Part shown: positions 36,629 to 47,420 of the stretch, piece by piece
How the letters are laid out: each line of letters starts with the position of its first letter
Position numbering within the stretch: the stretch's first letter is position 1
Source: Candidatus Eiseniibacteriota bacterium
GTDB taxonomy: Bacteria; Eisenbacteria; RBG-16-71-46; JABDJR01
DNA length: 64,000 nucleotides
Assembly: GCA_963762255.1 (NCBI GenBank)
Contig: CAVXKA010000001.1
Coordinates: forward strand, 672,001 to 736,000
Reading direction: 5' to 3'
The notes under the pieces: generated by a model
Told to the model about the DNA's origin: nothing
Database searches by the model: none
What the model saw: only the letters and a program-made list of their open reading frames with translations
Made by a program: the position numbers and the translations under genes

Positions 36629-37612
36629 ATGCTGAGAGACTACGCCGGAGAGCGATTGCACCGCCGTGCCCGCACGCCTCACAACAAGCGGGTGCGGTAC
36701 TCGGCGGTGTTCGTGGATTTCGAGAACATTTATCAAGCCCTGGCCCACGACCCCGAGGATCCCGAGCCCCTCGACGATTCCACCGTGGACGAGGGGGCGC
36801 TCGACGACGCGGTGGAGCTGCTTTCGCGCCTGAAGGATAGATTGCGGGAGAAGTACAACTGCGTGATGGCCATCGGTCGGTCCTACGCCGACTTCGACCG
36901 GCTGGGCGGCGATGCGCAGTCGCAGCTCCAGCTCCTCGCGTTCGAGCCGCGGTTCATGCTTTCCACGAAGAAGAAGAGCTCTTCCGACATCCTGCTCTCG
37001 ATCGACGCCATCGAGATGATGCACACCCGTCCGGAACTCGACATGTTCGTGATCGTGGGCGGCGACCGCGACTACCTTCCGGTGGTGCGGCGCATCCGCG
37101 AGCACTTGAAGCGGGTTGTGCTGGTCGGCTTCAAGGGCTCGACGAGCGGCGACCTCAAGCAGGTGGTGGGCGAAGAGAACTTCATCGCCGCCGAGTACCT
37201 GCTGCCGGAGGCCGAGCCGAGCAACGGCGGCGGCGAGCGGCGTAGTTACGAGAGCTATCACCGCGCCGAGGAGCGCGAGCCACGGCCGCCGCGTGCCGAG
37301 ACCGTGGAAAGCCTGGTCGAGGCGCCCCCCGCCACCGAGGAAGACCTGAGACGGTGCATGGAGGAGCTGCTCTCCGCCTACTATCAGTACGGCGAGCGCA
37401 AGGTGTGGCTCACCCCGTTCCTGCGCATGCTCAACGACCGCTTTCCGTACCTGGACAATCGCGGGCGTAAGCGGCTCGTGGAGGATCTCCAGGCCAAGAG
37501 CGCGATCAGCATCGAGAAGATCGAGGGGGATCCATACCCGTACTCGGTGATCGAGATCAACTGGGAAGACACCTGGGTGCGAGGGATGGACGAGGCGCGC
37601 GGGAATACGTAG
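36629..37612 (+). CDS. NYN (LabA/DUF88) PIN-like domain protein
   Basis: VFVDFENI, SSDILL and GGDRDY motifs. Confidence 0.88.
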   Translation: MLRDYAGERLHRRARTPHNKRVRYSAVFVDFENIYQALAHDPEDPEPLDDSTVDEGALDDAVELLSRLKDRLREKYNCVMAIGRSYADFDRLGGDAQSQLQLLAFEPRFMLSTKKKSSSDILLSIDAIEMMHTRPELDMFVIVGGDRDYLPVVRRIREHLKRVVLVGFKGSTSGDLKQVVGEENFIAAEYLLPEAEPSNGGGERRSYESYHRAEEREPRPPRAETVESLVEAPPATEEDLRRCMEELLSAYYQYGERKVWLTPFLRMLNDRFPYLDNRGRKRLVEDLQAKSAISIEKIEGDPYPYSVIEINWEDTWVRGMDEARGNT

Positions 37613-37620
37613 AAGCGCGT

Positions 37621-37737
37621 CTAGTCTTCCTCGTCCATCTTTTGCGGCGTCTTGAGCACCTTCCAGAAGAACCGGCCCGTGAAGAAGAGGACCACGCCCC
37701 AGGTGCAGAGCAGCATGAGCACCGCGGCTCGGGTCAT
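37621..37737 (-). CDS. 38-aa membrane peptide, probable small subunit of the NSS transporter
   Basis: MTRAAVLMLLCTWGVVLFFTGRFFWKVL; ATGA overlap with the transporter; AAGGAG RBS. Confidence 0.7.
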   Translation of the reverse strand: MTRAAVLMLLCTWGVVLFFTGRFFWKVLKTPQKMDEED

Positions 37738-39371
37738 CGTATGGCTCCTTTCTTCCGCCGCCACGCGTTCCAGACCAGGACGCCCCAGAATACGAACACG
37801 CCCACGAGGAGCAGGCGGGTCATGTCCTGCACGAATTCGCGGGTGGGGTAGCCGTCTCTGAACCACGCATAGTCCACCACCCCGGCGTGGAGGACCTTTC
37901 CAACCACGCTTTCCGGCGCGAAGGGCCACCCTCCTCCGGAGACGAGGCTTCGGAGGGCCGCTCCCCAGTCTCCGCCGGCCGGCTGAATCATGGATCCCAC
38001 GAAGATGGCCAGAATGAAGATCGGCGTGACGTACTGGATCACGTATCGGAAGACGTACGGGACCTTCATGTCGGCGCCGCGCGTGATCTCCGCCCACGCG
38101 TTCTTCATACCGAAGATATAGGCGAAGATAAACGTCTCCAGGAGCGCGAACACGACCAGCGAGAAGGTGCCGGTCCAGAAGTCGAACTCATCAAACGCGC
38201 CGCCCGGGTAGAGCCACACGCAGACGAAACCGAGCACGAACGTCCACCCTCCGAACAGAAGAGCGGCACGGCTCCGCTTCCACCCGTACTCGTCTTCGAA
38301 GAACGCCATGACCGGCTGACCCATGGCCAGGGACGAGGTAATGCCGGCGAAGAAGAGCAATCCGAACCAGAGCATCCCGGCGATGGGGGCGAACCATCCC
38401 CAGTTGTTGAAGAGGGTGGGCAGCGTAAGGAAGCCGAGGCCGAAACCGCTTCCGCCCGAGGTCGCGGCCTGCACCGCCGCCAAACCGAGATACGCGGTGG
38501 CGATGGGGATCACGATCGAACCGCCGAGGATGACCTCCACGAACTCGTTCATCCAACCCGCCGACGCCGCGTTGAGGGCGATGTCTCCCTTCTTACGGAC
38601 ATAGGACGCGTAGCAGTGGATCGAGCCCATACCGACCGAAAGCGTGAAAAAGATCTGCCCGGCGGCGGCGAGCCAGGTCTTCGGATCGAGCAGTCCGGAG
38701 AGTTGCGGATTCCAGATAAAGTTGAGCCCAACGAGCGGGCTCTCCACGACCCCGGGCGCGTCGGTGCCGATCGTAAGGCCGCGGACGGCGAGGATGACGC
38801 CAAAGAGGATGAGGAGCGGCATGCCGATCTTGGCGGCCGTCTCGATCCCCTTGGCCACACCCCGCGAGAGGATCCACAGGTTGAGAGCGAGCGTGATCAC
38901 GAACCAGAGGGTGGCCTCGCGCGGAAGCGCGAAGATCGACTCCTCGTGTTGGCCCAGATAGTGCGGGAAGAAGTCGGTGGGGGCGGTGTGCCGGAAGGTG
39001 CCGATGAGCGAGTGCCAGACGTAGGCCAGCGTCCACGACTCGATGTAGCAGTAATAGGCGGCGATGGCGAGATTGGTGAAGAGACCGAACACGCCGACGT
39101 ACTTGAGCCAACGGGCGCGACCCAGCTTGTCGAACATGCCGGGAGTGGAGTGATGGCCGAAGAGGCCGCCGTGGCGGCCGATCGCCCATTCGACCCATAG
39201 GAGCGGAATCCCGAGCAGCACGAAGCTGACCAGGTAGGGGATCAGGAAGGCCCCGCCGCCGTTCTGGGCGGCCTGAGCCGGGAACCGGAGGAAATTGCCG
39301 AGGCCGACCGCGTTCCCAGCCATGGCGAGAACGAGGCCGACTCGGGAGCCCCAACTCTCGCGAGCAGACAC
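37734..39371 (-). CDS. Sodium-dependent NSS (LeuT-like) transporter
   Basis: AMAGNAVGLGNFLRFP, GQIFFTLS and FFAGITSS motifs. Confidence 0.95.
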   Translation of the reverse strand: MSARESWGSRVGLVLAMAGNAVGLGNFLRFPAQAAQNGGGAFLIPYLVSFVLLGIPLLWVEWAIGRHGGLFGHHSTPGMFDKLGRARWLKYVGVFGLFTNLAIAAYYCYIESWTLAYVWHSLIGTFRHTAPTDFFPHYLGQHEESIFALPREATLWFVITLALNLWILSRGVAKGIETAAKIGMPLLILFGVILAVRGLTIGTDAPGVVESPLVGLNFIWNPQLSGLLDPKTWLAAAGQIFFTLSVGMGSIHCYASYVRKKGDIALNAASAGWMNEFVEVILGGSIVIPIATAYLGLAAVQAATSGGSGFGLGFLTLPTLFNNWGWFAPIAGMLWFGLLFFAGITSSLAMGQPVMAFFEDEYGWKRSRAALLFGGWTFVLGFVCVWLYPGGAFDEFDFWTGTFSLVVFALLETFIFAYIFGMKNAWAEITRGADMKVPYVFRYVIQYVTPIFILAIFVGSMIQPAGGDWGAALRSLVSGGGWPFAPESVVGKVLHAGVVDYAWFRDGYPTREFVQDMTRLLLVGVFVFWGVLVWNAWRRKKGAIR

Positions 39372-39549
39372 GCTTATGCCCTCCCTGAGTCCGGCGGGAG
39401 CATAACCGCTCGGAGGGTTGCGTCAAGCGAGAATCTTGATAGGATTGTGGTCTTCGTTGACTACGGGGCGCGTTTTTGTTCCTTTGGCTTCTGTGCCGCG
39501 CTCCGATCCAATCACTCTCGACCCGACCTCTTCAACAAGGAGATGCCCG

Positions 39550-40137
39550 ATGAAGCGCGCGCTCTTGGTATTCGTCGCCGCGTTGGCTCTGTGTCTGACC
39601 GCCCTGTCCGCCGTGGCCGGCGATGACAAGCCGATGGACGAGCACATGATGAAAGCCTGGATGGACGCGTCAACCCCTGGGGCGCAGCACAAGATGCTGG
39701 AGTCCATGGTCGGGGTGTGGAACGTGGTGAACTACTCGTACGAGACCGGCCAGAAGGTGGAAGCGGGCAGTGGCATCTCCACCCGCAGCATGATCCTGGG
39801 CGGCCGCTTCCTGCAGGATCACACCGAGGCCCAGATGATGGGCGTGCCGATGGACGGTTGGGGGCTCACCGGCTACAACAACACGACCGGCGAGTACGAG
39901 AGCACCTGGATCGACAACATGGGCACCGCCATCTACCTGAGCAAGGGGAAGGCAAACGCCGACAGCAAGCAGATCATCCAGACCATGGACTACGTCGATC
40001 CCATGACCAAGAAGGCGACCAAGGTGAAGACCGTGCTCTCCGTCGATGGTCCCGACAATGCCTCGTTCGCTTGGTACGCCCTCGACGGCGACAAGGAAAC
40101 GAAGAGCATGGAGATGATCTACACGCGGAGGAAGTAA
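39550..40137 (+). CDS. Secreted DUF1579 protein
   Basis: Signal peptide; TPGAQHKML, ILGGRFL and STWIDNMGT motifs. Confidence 0.85.
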   Translation: MKRALLVFVAALALCLTALSAVAGDDKPMDEHMMKAWMDASTPGAQHKMLESMVGVWNVVNYSYETGQKVEAGSGISTRSMILGGRFLQDHTEAQMMGVPMDGWGLTGYNNTTGEYESTWIDNMGTAIYLSKGKANADSKQIIQTMDYVDPMTKKATKVKTVLSVDGPDNASFAWYALDGDKETKSMEMIYTRRK

Positions 40138-40138
40138 G

Positions 40139-40681
40139 ACGTCGCCTCTCGTCCTCTACACCATCGGGCATTCCAACCGCTCTGCGGATGAGTTGATCGC
40201 ACTTCTTCGCGAGCACACTGTTCGCCGGCTGGCCGACGTGCGCCGCTACCCGGTCAGCCGGCGACATCCTCAGTTCTCCCGCGAGCCGCTCGCTGCGGCC
40301 CTCGCCGGCGCGGGGATCTCCTACCGCCACGCGGAGGATCTGGGCGGACACCGAGACGCGCTTCCCGACTCCCCGCACCAGGCATTGGATGAAGCTTGGC
40401 GGCGCGGATATGCCGATTACATGGAAGGCGCGGCGTTTCGTGCCGCGTTGGGGGAGTTGGTGAAGTGGGCGGCCGACGCGCCGACCGCGGTGATGTGCGC
40501 CGAGGCCTCGCCCGCCGACTGCCACCGAGGACTTCTCTGTGACGCGCTGCTCGCGAGCGGGGTGCAGGCGGTTCACATTCTCGCCCCGGGGCGCACGCTT
40601 GAACACGTGTTGACTGCGAACGCTCGCGTGGACGGCAGTCGCGTGATCTACGACGTCGGTATGCTTCCGTTCGGACGCTGA
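40139..40681 (+). CDS. DUF488 family protein (start codon anomalous)
   Basis: YTIGHS, ADVRRYP.SR, LGG and MCAE..CHR motifs. No in-frame ATG/GTG/TTG before YTIGHS. Confidence 0.8.
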   Translation, partial: TSPLVLYTIGHSNRSADELIALLREHTVRRLADVRRYPVSRRHPQFSREPLAAALAGAGISYRHAEDLGGHRDALPDSPHQALDEAWRRGYADYMEGAAFRAALGELVKWAADAPTAVMCAEASPADCHRGLLCDALLASGVQAVHILAPGRTLEHVLTANARVDGSRVIYDVGMLPFGR

Positions 40682-40682
40682 G

Positions 40683-41495
40683 TCAGGGGAGAAGGATCGC
40701 CTTCGCAGCGCGCACGCCGTCGGCGGTGCTGAGCCGCACGTAGTAGACGCCGGCCGGCGCCCGCACGCCGCGCTCGTCACGGCCGTCCCAGGTCAGTGCT
40801 TGCGAGACGCCCGACTCCATCCACCCATCGAATAGCGTCCGCACTTCGCGGCCGTCCGGTGCGAACACGCGCAGGCGCGCCTGGCCGGCGGTTCCCACCG
40901 TGAAGGCAATCCGCGCCCGGGCCCGGAACGGGTTGGGGGACGCGGGGCTCAGCGCCGAGACGCCGGAGCGCGGGCCGTCGGGCACGGCGGTGACGTCGCC
41001 GACCTGCACGTGGCCGCTCGTGGGTCACGACCGGAGAGAGGGAACACCCGCGTTGGCAAAGCGCGCGCGGACGAATCGGATGTCGGTCATGGCGGGCGCC
41101 GAGGGGGCCCGGAACCGGAGCCGGTAGATGACGCCGGGGCCGGTCACTTCCACACCGGCGCACAAGAGGCTGTAAGTGATGCGTATCGTGTCTCCCACCG
41201 CGCTGAAGAGATGAAAGCCGTTCGGGCAGGCGGCCGACATGAGCGGTCCCACCTGAAGTGAGACCGGCGACCGCTGAATGAAGGTCAGTTTCGCGGGGTC
41301 ATAGACGATCGTGAACTCGAACGCATTGAAGGTGTCGGGCGAGGCCGGCACGAAGATGTCGTAGTCGAACACCTCGTCCAGGGTGACGATCCTGGTCGAT
41401 GGATCGAATCGTACGTCGATGGCGAGGACCGGCGCGGCCGCGCTCAGGATCAGGATCGCGAGCAGGAGCGCGCCACAGCCGCGGGCCGATCGCAT
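40683..41495 (-). CDS. Secreted cohesin-like + FlgD/T9SS-like tail protein, interrupted by TGA at 41027-41025
   Basis: Signal peptide and FEFTIVYDPAKL; same-frame continuation SPNPF..WDGRD. Paired indels are likely. Confidence 0.65.
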
Positions 41496-41511
41496 GGAAA
41501 CCGTCCCTTCT

Positions 41512-42085
41512 TCAATCCCGATAGCGGGCCTTGAGCAGCCCCCAACTCGTGGGCTCTGCGGGTACCGCCGCCTCGTAGGTGAGGAGACCGCTGACGCAGG
41601 TGCTGTCGAGGGTCTGGTTGAGGGAATCTCGCATGAGAAGGCTGACGCACGCGAGCGGGCTGCTCCCCGGACTCACGCCGGTGAATTGCAGGTGGATGAT
41701 CGTGCCGGGACCGTCCACCGAGCACCCGAGGCCGGCCAAGTCCACGTCGATGTGGCCGACGCCGGGGGTGGGCTCGTTGAGCCACGTGAAGAACCAGGAA
41801 CATCCGGAGCCCGCCAGGAGCGCACCCGGCTCCACCGTAACGGGGTTCACAATGCTCGGATCGAACTCAAGCGAAAGAGTGGTCCCGCGCAGATCATCCG
41901 TGGCCGCGTCGACGTTCTACGTATACGTCGAGGATCTGAGAGCCGGCGAAGACACAGCTCGGCGGATCGCAAGAGAACGCGAGTTCCGCCGCCATTGCCG
42001 TGACCGTCGTCACCGACAGCATGAAGAGGGCGGATAGTAGGGCCGACACAGCGGCGCGAACCTGAGGTGCTGAAATATGGGTCAC
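41512..42085 (-). CDS. Secreted cohesin-like protein with SWGLLKARY tail, frameshifted near 41915
   Basis: Signal-peptide ORF 41894-42121 joins DLRGTTLSLEFDPSIV... in another frame. Confidence 0.6.
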
Positions 42086-42205
42086 GGTTAGTCTCCTCTT
42101 CGCGTGTATCGAAGGTACCACTTCCGCGGCTCGGGAAACGGCCGGGAGCCGCGCGTGGCGCGACCCCCGGCCTGCCCAGCCGCCGTCTCGGGCGACTGGA
42201 TCTCG

Positions 42206-45200
42206 CTACCTCACTCTCATGACCCGCTGCGATTGGGTCTGATCCGAGACCCGGAACTGCACGATGTAGCTTCCAGCGGCCACGCTGCGACCCATCTCAT
42301 CCCGTCCGTCCCACGTCAGGCTCTTCTCTCCCGCGGGGAGTGCGGCATCGAGTAACGTGCGCACCAGGCGACCGTCCAGCGCGTAGATGCGCACCGCCGC
42401 CTCACCCGGCTCCGCCAGCGCGAACCGGATCTGCGTCGACCCCAGGAACGGGTTCGGCGCGCTCGGCAGCAACCGCGTCACCACCGGCGTCACCGGCAGG
42501 TCGCGGCTCTCCACCGTCGTCCCCATCTGCACCGGACGGTTCTCGCCGTCGCGCGCGATCACCTCGCCGAACCGGATCCCCGGATCCCCGGAGCCGATCA
42601 CGCGGAAGGTGACGGTGGCCAGCTCACCCTCTCCCGCTGAACGTCGAGCCGAACACCGCCGCGTCTACCGTGCCCGGCTCCGGCGAGAGCACCAGCGTCT
42701 GGCCGGCCTGACGGTTCACCAGCTCTCCGCTACGGTACGCGATCGGCTCCACCGCCTCCGCGTTCCAGAGAAGCGGCAGGCTCACGCCCTGCACCGCACC
42801 GGTCGAGGACAGCGTCACCGTCGCATCGATCCCGTCCGCGCTCGGCGCCACTGCCAGCGCCACCGCGTTCCGGTCCGCGCCCGTCGTCGCCGGCATCGGC
42901 TTGCTCACCCCACCGTAGTTGATCGCCAGGATGATCAGATCCTCGAACTGGATCTTGTTGTCCGTCGTCGGACGCCCGTTCGTGCTGCTGTCCGTCGTCG
43001 GACCGATGTCCAGGATGTTCTCGTAGAGCGGGTTCGGTCGAGAGCACCCCGTAGTGGTTGCCCAGGAACGACACGTCCAGGAACTCCACCTGGTTGTCCC
43101 CGAACGGCGGTGTCGCCGCCGACGGCATCACGTCACCGAGGTGGTAGTTGAGCGTCCCGCTCGTCTGGTTCGACACCGCCGACACGTTCCCGCACGCGTC
43201 GGTCACGAACGCCACGTAGTAGTAGAAGTCCCGCTCCGTGGCGATCTCGTCCGCGTAGGGCGAGACCTGTGTGCCCACCGACGTCCACCCCGCGATCAGC
43301 GCCGCCGCCGGGTCCGCCGGGGCGCTCGGCACCACTCCGCCCAGGTCGTCGTATTCGGGGTAGTAGCCGAACCCCTTGCGGAACAGCTCCACCGTCGCTC
43401 CGGCTTCCACCGCCGGCCACGTCAGCGTGATCACCGTCGTCCCGTCCGCGTCGTTGCCGCTCTTGAGCTGCGCCGCAGCCAGGCTTGCGATCGCCGCCGG
43501 CGGAGCGTTGTCGATCGTGATCTCCGCCGGAGCACCCGCCATCGCCGGGATCGCCACGAACGGGTTCCCGCAGTCGCGCGCATCCACCGACACGATCGTG
43601 ATCGTCCCCACGTCCTCCGGCGACGCAGTCCCGCTTGCCGCCACATCGATCGTGAACAGCTCACCGCCGGTGGTCGGACCGCAGGGCTCGCCCAGGATCG
43701 AGTAGTCCACAGTGTAGGATCCGCCGCCGTTGTCGGTGACGTAGAAGTACGGCGTGAGCATGCCGTACGTGTCGAACAGCGTCCCCGGCTGCACGCCGTC
43801 ACCGCAGAGTTCCAGCTCGGAGCTAAGCTCGAACGCTACCGATACCGCACGCAGCGGCGTCGTGTCCGTGCGATTGAACATCACCGGCACCGTCGCGCAC
43901 GGATCGCTGAGGTGGATGCAACCCAATGCCGACACGTCCGCTACGACCTCGTTGGTCCCCACGCACGGTCCGGTCGGCGAAACCAGCCAGGGCGAGAAGG
44001 TCGCGTCGCCTTCGAGCGCGACACCCGCCGGATTCGAGTAGACCGGCGGCGCATCGGGGCCGCTCGCGCTGCCCCACCAGTTGCACGTCGCGTCGGCGGT
44101 CACCGCGGCGTTCGTGGAGAAGCCGAAACCCGTGTTGCCGGCAAGGTTATTCTGGTTGGCAACGATACTCGTGAAGACACCGGAGTCGCAGTCGCTAGTG
44201 CACGGCCAAAAGCCCATTCCGTAGTCGAAACCGGTCACGGTGTTGTTGTTGGCGGTGACTGCGAGGTCATCCGGACCATACCCTGCGTCGGCCTCAATAC
44301 CGACGGTGTTTACGTTGTCCGGGCCGCCAAAGACAACCGAGTTGCCGGAGATGTCGATGACGAGCAATGAGGCCGTGCCGGCCAGGCCGAGCACGCCGGT
44401 TCTCGGCGCTTCCACGGACTCCTCACCGAACGGTGAGGGCTTCGCGGCCGGAGGATCGGTGGCAATGATGCCGTAGCCGTATCCCCCTGTCTTGATGACG
44501 GCGAGGTGGTTGTTGGTGATGTCGCAGTCACCGTCGACGTTGTAGATGCAGGTGTGGCCATCGGTGACGGTGTTGTTGTCCACCATGACGTCGGCGTAGA
44601 AGACGAGGATGCTGGTGGCAACCCATCCGGTTCCGGAGTAGGCGATCCCCGAAACGTCGTTGTAATCGATGGTGCCGGTGATCCGGTCACCCCAGGTCTG
44701 GATGCCGTTTTGCGCGGTGACCGTGGTTGGCCCTGCGCCAGTCACCTCGTTCCCGGAAACGTCAACGGTCATGGGCGTGGTGTCCGCGGCATTCAGGGCC
44801 ATGGCGTTCTTCTGGAAATCGACGACCGTGCAGCCCTGAACCGTGACCGCTCTAGCGATCCCGTCATCGTTGTATGCGTAGATTCCGACACCGTGTTGCG
44901 CGCCACTGAACGGCGTGTCGCGAATGCCGGTCACCGAGCAGTTCTCAACGGTGCCGCCCGCGTTACGGAAGGCAACGCCGATGAACTTGTTGTTGGTGTT
45001 TCCTCGTCCGGCCCCGTCCACGGTCAGGTTCTTGAGGGCCATGGTCGCGGTGTCGTGCACGTAGACGACGGCTTTGTTGGTCCCGAAGGCGAGGGGAAGG
45101 GTCACGGGCGACTTGATGATGGACGAGGGGCCACTACCCTCGATGGTCACGTCGCTGGCGACTTCGACCTGCTCCTCATAGATCCCCGGCCCCAGGTGCA

Positions 45201-46140
45201 CGGTGGATCCCCCCACCGCCGCGAGGCCGTCGAGGATGGTGGCAAACCGTGTCACGCCCCACCCCGGGGTCACCGGCGGCTCACCGCCGGCGTAGTCGTC
45301 GTCCACCCAGACATGGGTGGGCTTGGGCTGATCGGCAAGAGACACCATCGGACCGAGGTGCGCCGTGTACCAGCGGAACGTGCTCGTGTCGGCGGGCAGG
45401 GCCTGGCTCGAATGCCAGAGCACGGTCTGAAGCCGGACGCTGTTGAAGTTGAACGCGCCAGGGTCGACTGTGATGGACCCGACCAGCCACCACTTGTTGC
45501 CCGGGGTGGAGTTGTTGGAGGTCGGAGGCGCCGCTCCGCCGGCATCGCCGTTTCCGAAGGCGTAGAGCGTGAACGTCCGCGCCACGGGATCGGCCACCAA
45601 CTGGACGTAGTAGACCTGATCGGTCGGATAGACGGTGTAGCGCCCATTCGAGCAGGTGCCCGTTCCGTAGTCCGTGCACCCCCCCTCACGGCAGTAGAAC
45701 TCCTGACCATGGGGCGTGCTGCTGGGCCATCCGGGCACGTTTCTCGTCTCGATCGAAAGCCGCTGCCACACCTGCGGCGCAATGCCGTGCCACATCCCAA
45801 GCTGGGTATCGACGGCGCCGCAGTACACCATGCGGCCGCTGTCGTCGACCATGCGCAGCTCGCCCAGGAACTTGAACCAGTCCGCGGGGGCAACCTGCGC
45901 GCAGTCCTGCAGATCGACAAACGCCCGGAAGGCCACTGGGGCGCCGCCGTTGTAGGTCGTCAGGTCGACGGGCGACCCGCCCGGAGTGACCCACTGCGAA
46001 ACCTGGACCCAGTTGTTCCCGGTGACGGTGAGTACTCCGTCGCCGATGTTGCCGGGTCCGACGTTGACAGGCGCCGCTTCGGTCTGGGCATACAGCCCCA
46101 TCGAGAGAAGAGCGCACAGCAGGAGAACTAGACTTCTCAT
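42206..46140 (-). CDS. Large secreted protein: beta-helix + cohesin-like + dockerin-like + FlgD/T9SS-like tail; two +1 frameshifts (~43033, ~42635)
   Basis: AGGAGG RBS, signal peptide, GPGIYEEQV beta-helix start, NWWG..SGP. Removing one base at each site gives a continuous reading to APNPF..WDGRD. Confidence 0.75.
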
Positions 46141-46554
46141 GGTTCCAACACCTCCTGGGTGGCGGGCAACGGCGCTTCGGGAGGATGTCCCGGGCGCCCA
46201 ACCGGTGGAAGGCAGAATCCACGCGATCCGGGGGCTTTGATCGGCGTCGATCCGAGCGAGGAAGACAGGGGAAGGGCGCTGGCGCAGCCGCTCGGCGTGA
46301 GTCTTCGGGAGACGCGAAGGCCTGTTCGTGATGCCGCGAGCATAGATGCGCATGAGGCAGCCTTCTCCAAAGCGGAATTCGCCAGTGCGCAGGGGGGGGA
46401 TCCGGGCGCGCCAACTCGATGCGTGCGACCGCGGGAGGGGGAACTCCTGCGCGTGAAACCCTGCGGTGAGCGATCAGGCGGGGGACTCGACCGAACTCGC
46501 CGCGGATCCTCGCCGCCTCGGGGGATGAGGACGATGAGAGGATCGATGGGCAAG

Positions 46555-46582
46555 ATTATAGACAGAACAGCAACGAATTCAA
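46555..46582 (-). promoter_or_regulatory. sigma70 promoter TTGAAT-16-TATAAT
   Basis: -35 at 46582-46577 and -10 at 46560-46555 in an AT-rich patch. Confidence 0.55.
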
Positions 46583-46636
46583 AGCGAGGGTTGATACCAA
46601 TCGCACAAATCGGCGGACAAAGAAATGCAAATACGA

Positions 46637-47083
46637 CTAATGAGGTGTGGTTATCGCTGCGGCAACCGCGAAGAAGCCCGCGCTCAACCACTCCAGCGGC
46701 TTGAGCCAGCGGCGCTTGGGGACCGACTCCGGTACCGGGCCCTCGTTGTATTCGAGCGTCACGTCGGTTCCCAAGGTGATCTTGTCGCCGCTCATGAGCA
46801 GCCACTCGCCGTTCACGCGCTCCCCGTTGACGTAGGTCCCCGCGCGGCTGGCCAGATCCAGAAGGTAGACGCCGCGGCGTGGGCGTCGAACCAGGGCGGC
46901 GTGCAGCCGGGAGATGGATGGATCGTTGATCCGCCAGCAGCACGACGGCGAGCGGCCGAGCGTGGCTTGATGAATGTTAATGGGGAACTCGAGAACGCGT
47001 CCGCGTTCCCAGAACCGCGCCTCACGAAGCACTAACCACTGACTGGGCACGGACTTGGGGGAGTTCACGGGGCTCGTCGGCAT
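46637..47083 (-). CDS. FHA domain protein with C-terminal hydrophobic tail
   Basis: LGR, ISRLHA, DLASRAGTYVNG and GDKITLG motifs. Confidence 0.88.
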   Translation of the reverse strand: MPTSPVNSPKSVPSQWLVLREARFWERGRVLEFPINIHQATLGRSPSCCWRINDPSISRLHAALVRRPRRGVYLLDLASRAGTYVNGERVNGEWLLMSGDKITLGTDVTLEYNEGPVPESVPKRRWLKPLEWLSAGFFAVAAAITTPH

Positions 47084-47420
47084 CCCAACCCTCCTTGGGC
47101 GGCCTCGGACCCGGACGGGAGGATCCATCAGCTATGAAAAAACGCCGCGCGCGCCTGGACGGAGGCGGCCGAAGCCGCAGCGCGCGCGGCGCAATAGGAT
47201 AGAACCTAACGTCACCGTAGAGTTGCAACCCGCGTGCCAGTCGCAGCGATACGGCGGCGAACCCCGCAATTCGTTATTTGAAAGAAAGTTACAGCCCAAG
47301 TCCGCGCCAGCTCGTGTCCCTGGGCACCACCGCGCCGCCCTTTCCGATCCGGTCATTATTACCGACCATTACCTTTTTACTTGGTCGTCGGGCGGGGCCC
47401 GCTCTACACTCCGGGCCAGC

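Noticed and set aside
41025-41027. In-frame TGA joining two same-frame ORFs as possible selenocysteine
   Set aside because: No Cys-redox context. Two compensating homopolymer indels give a more natural sequence, and the region has other frame errors.
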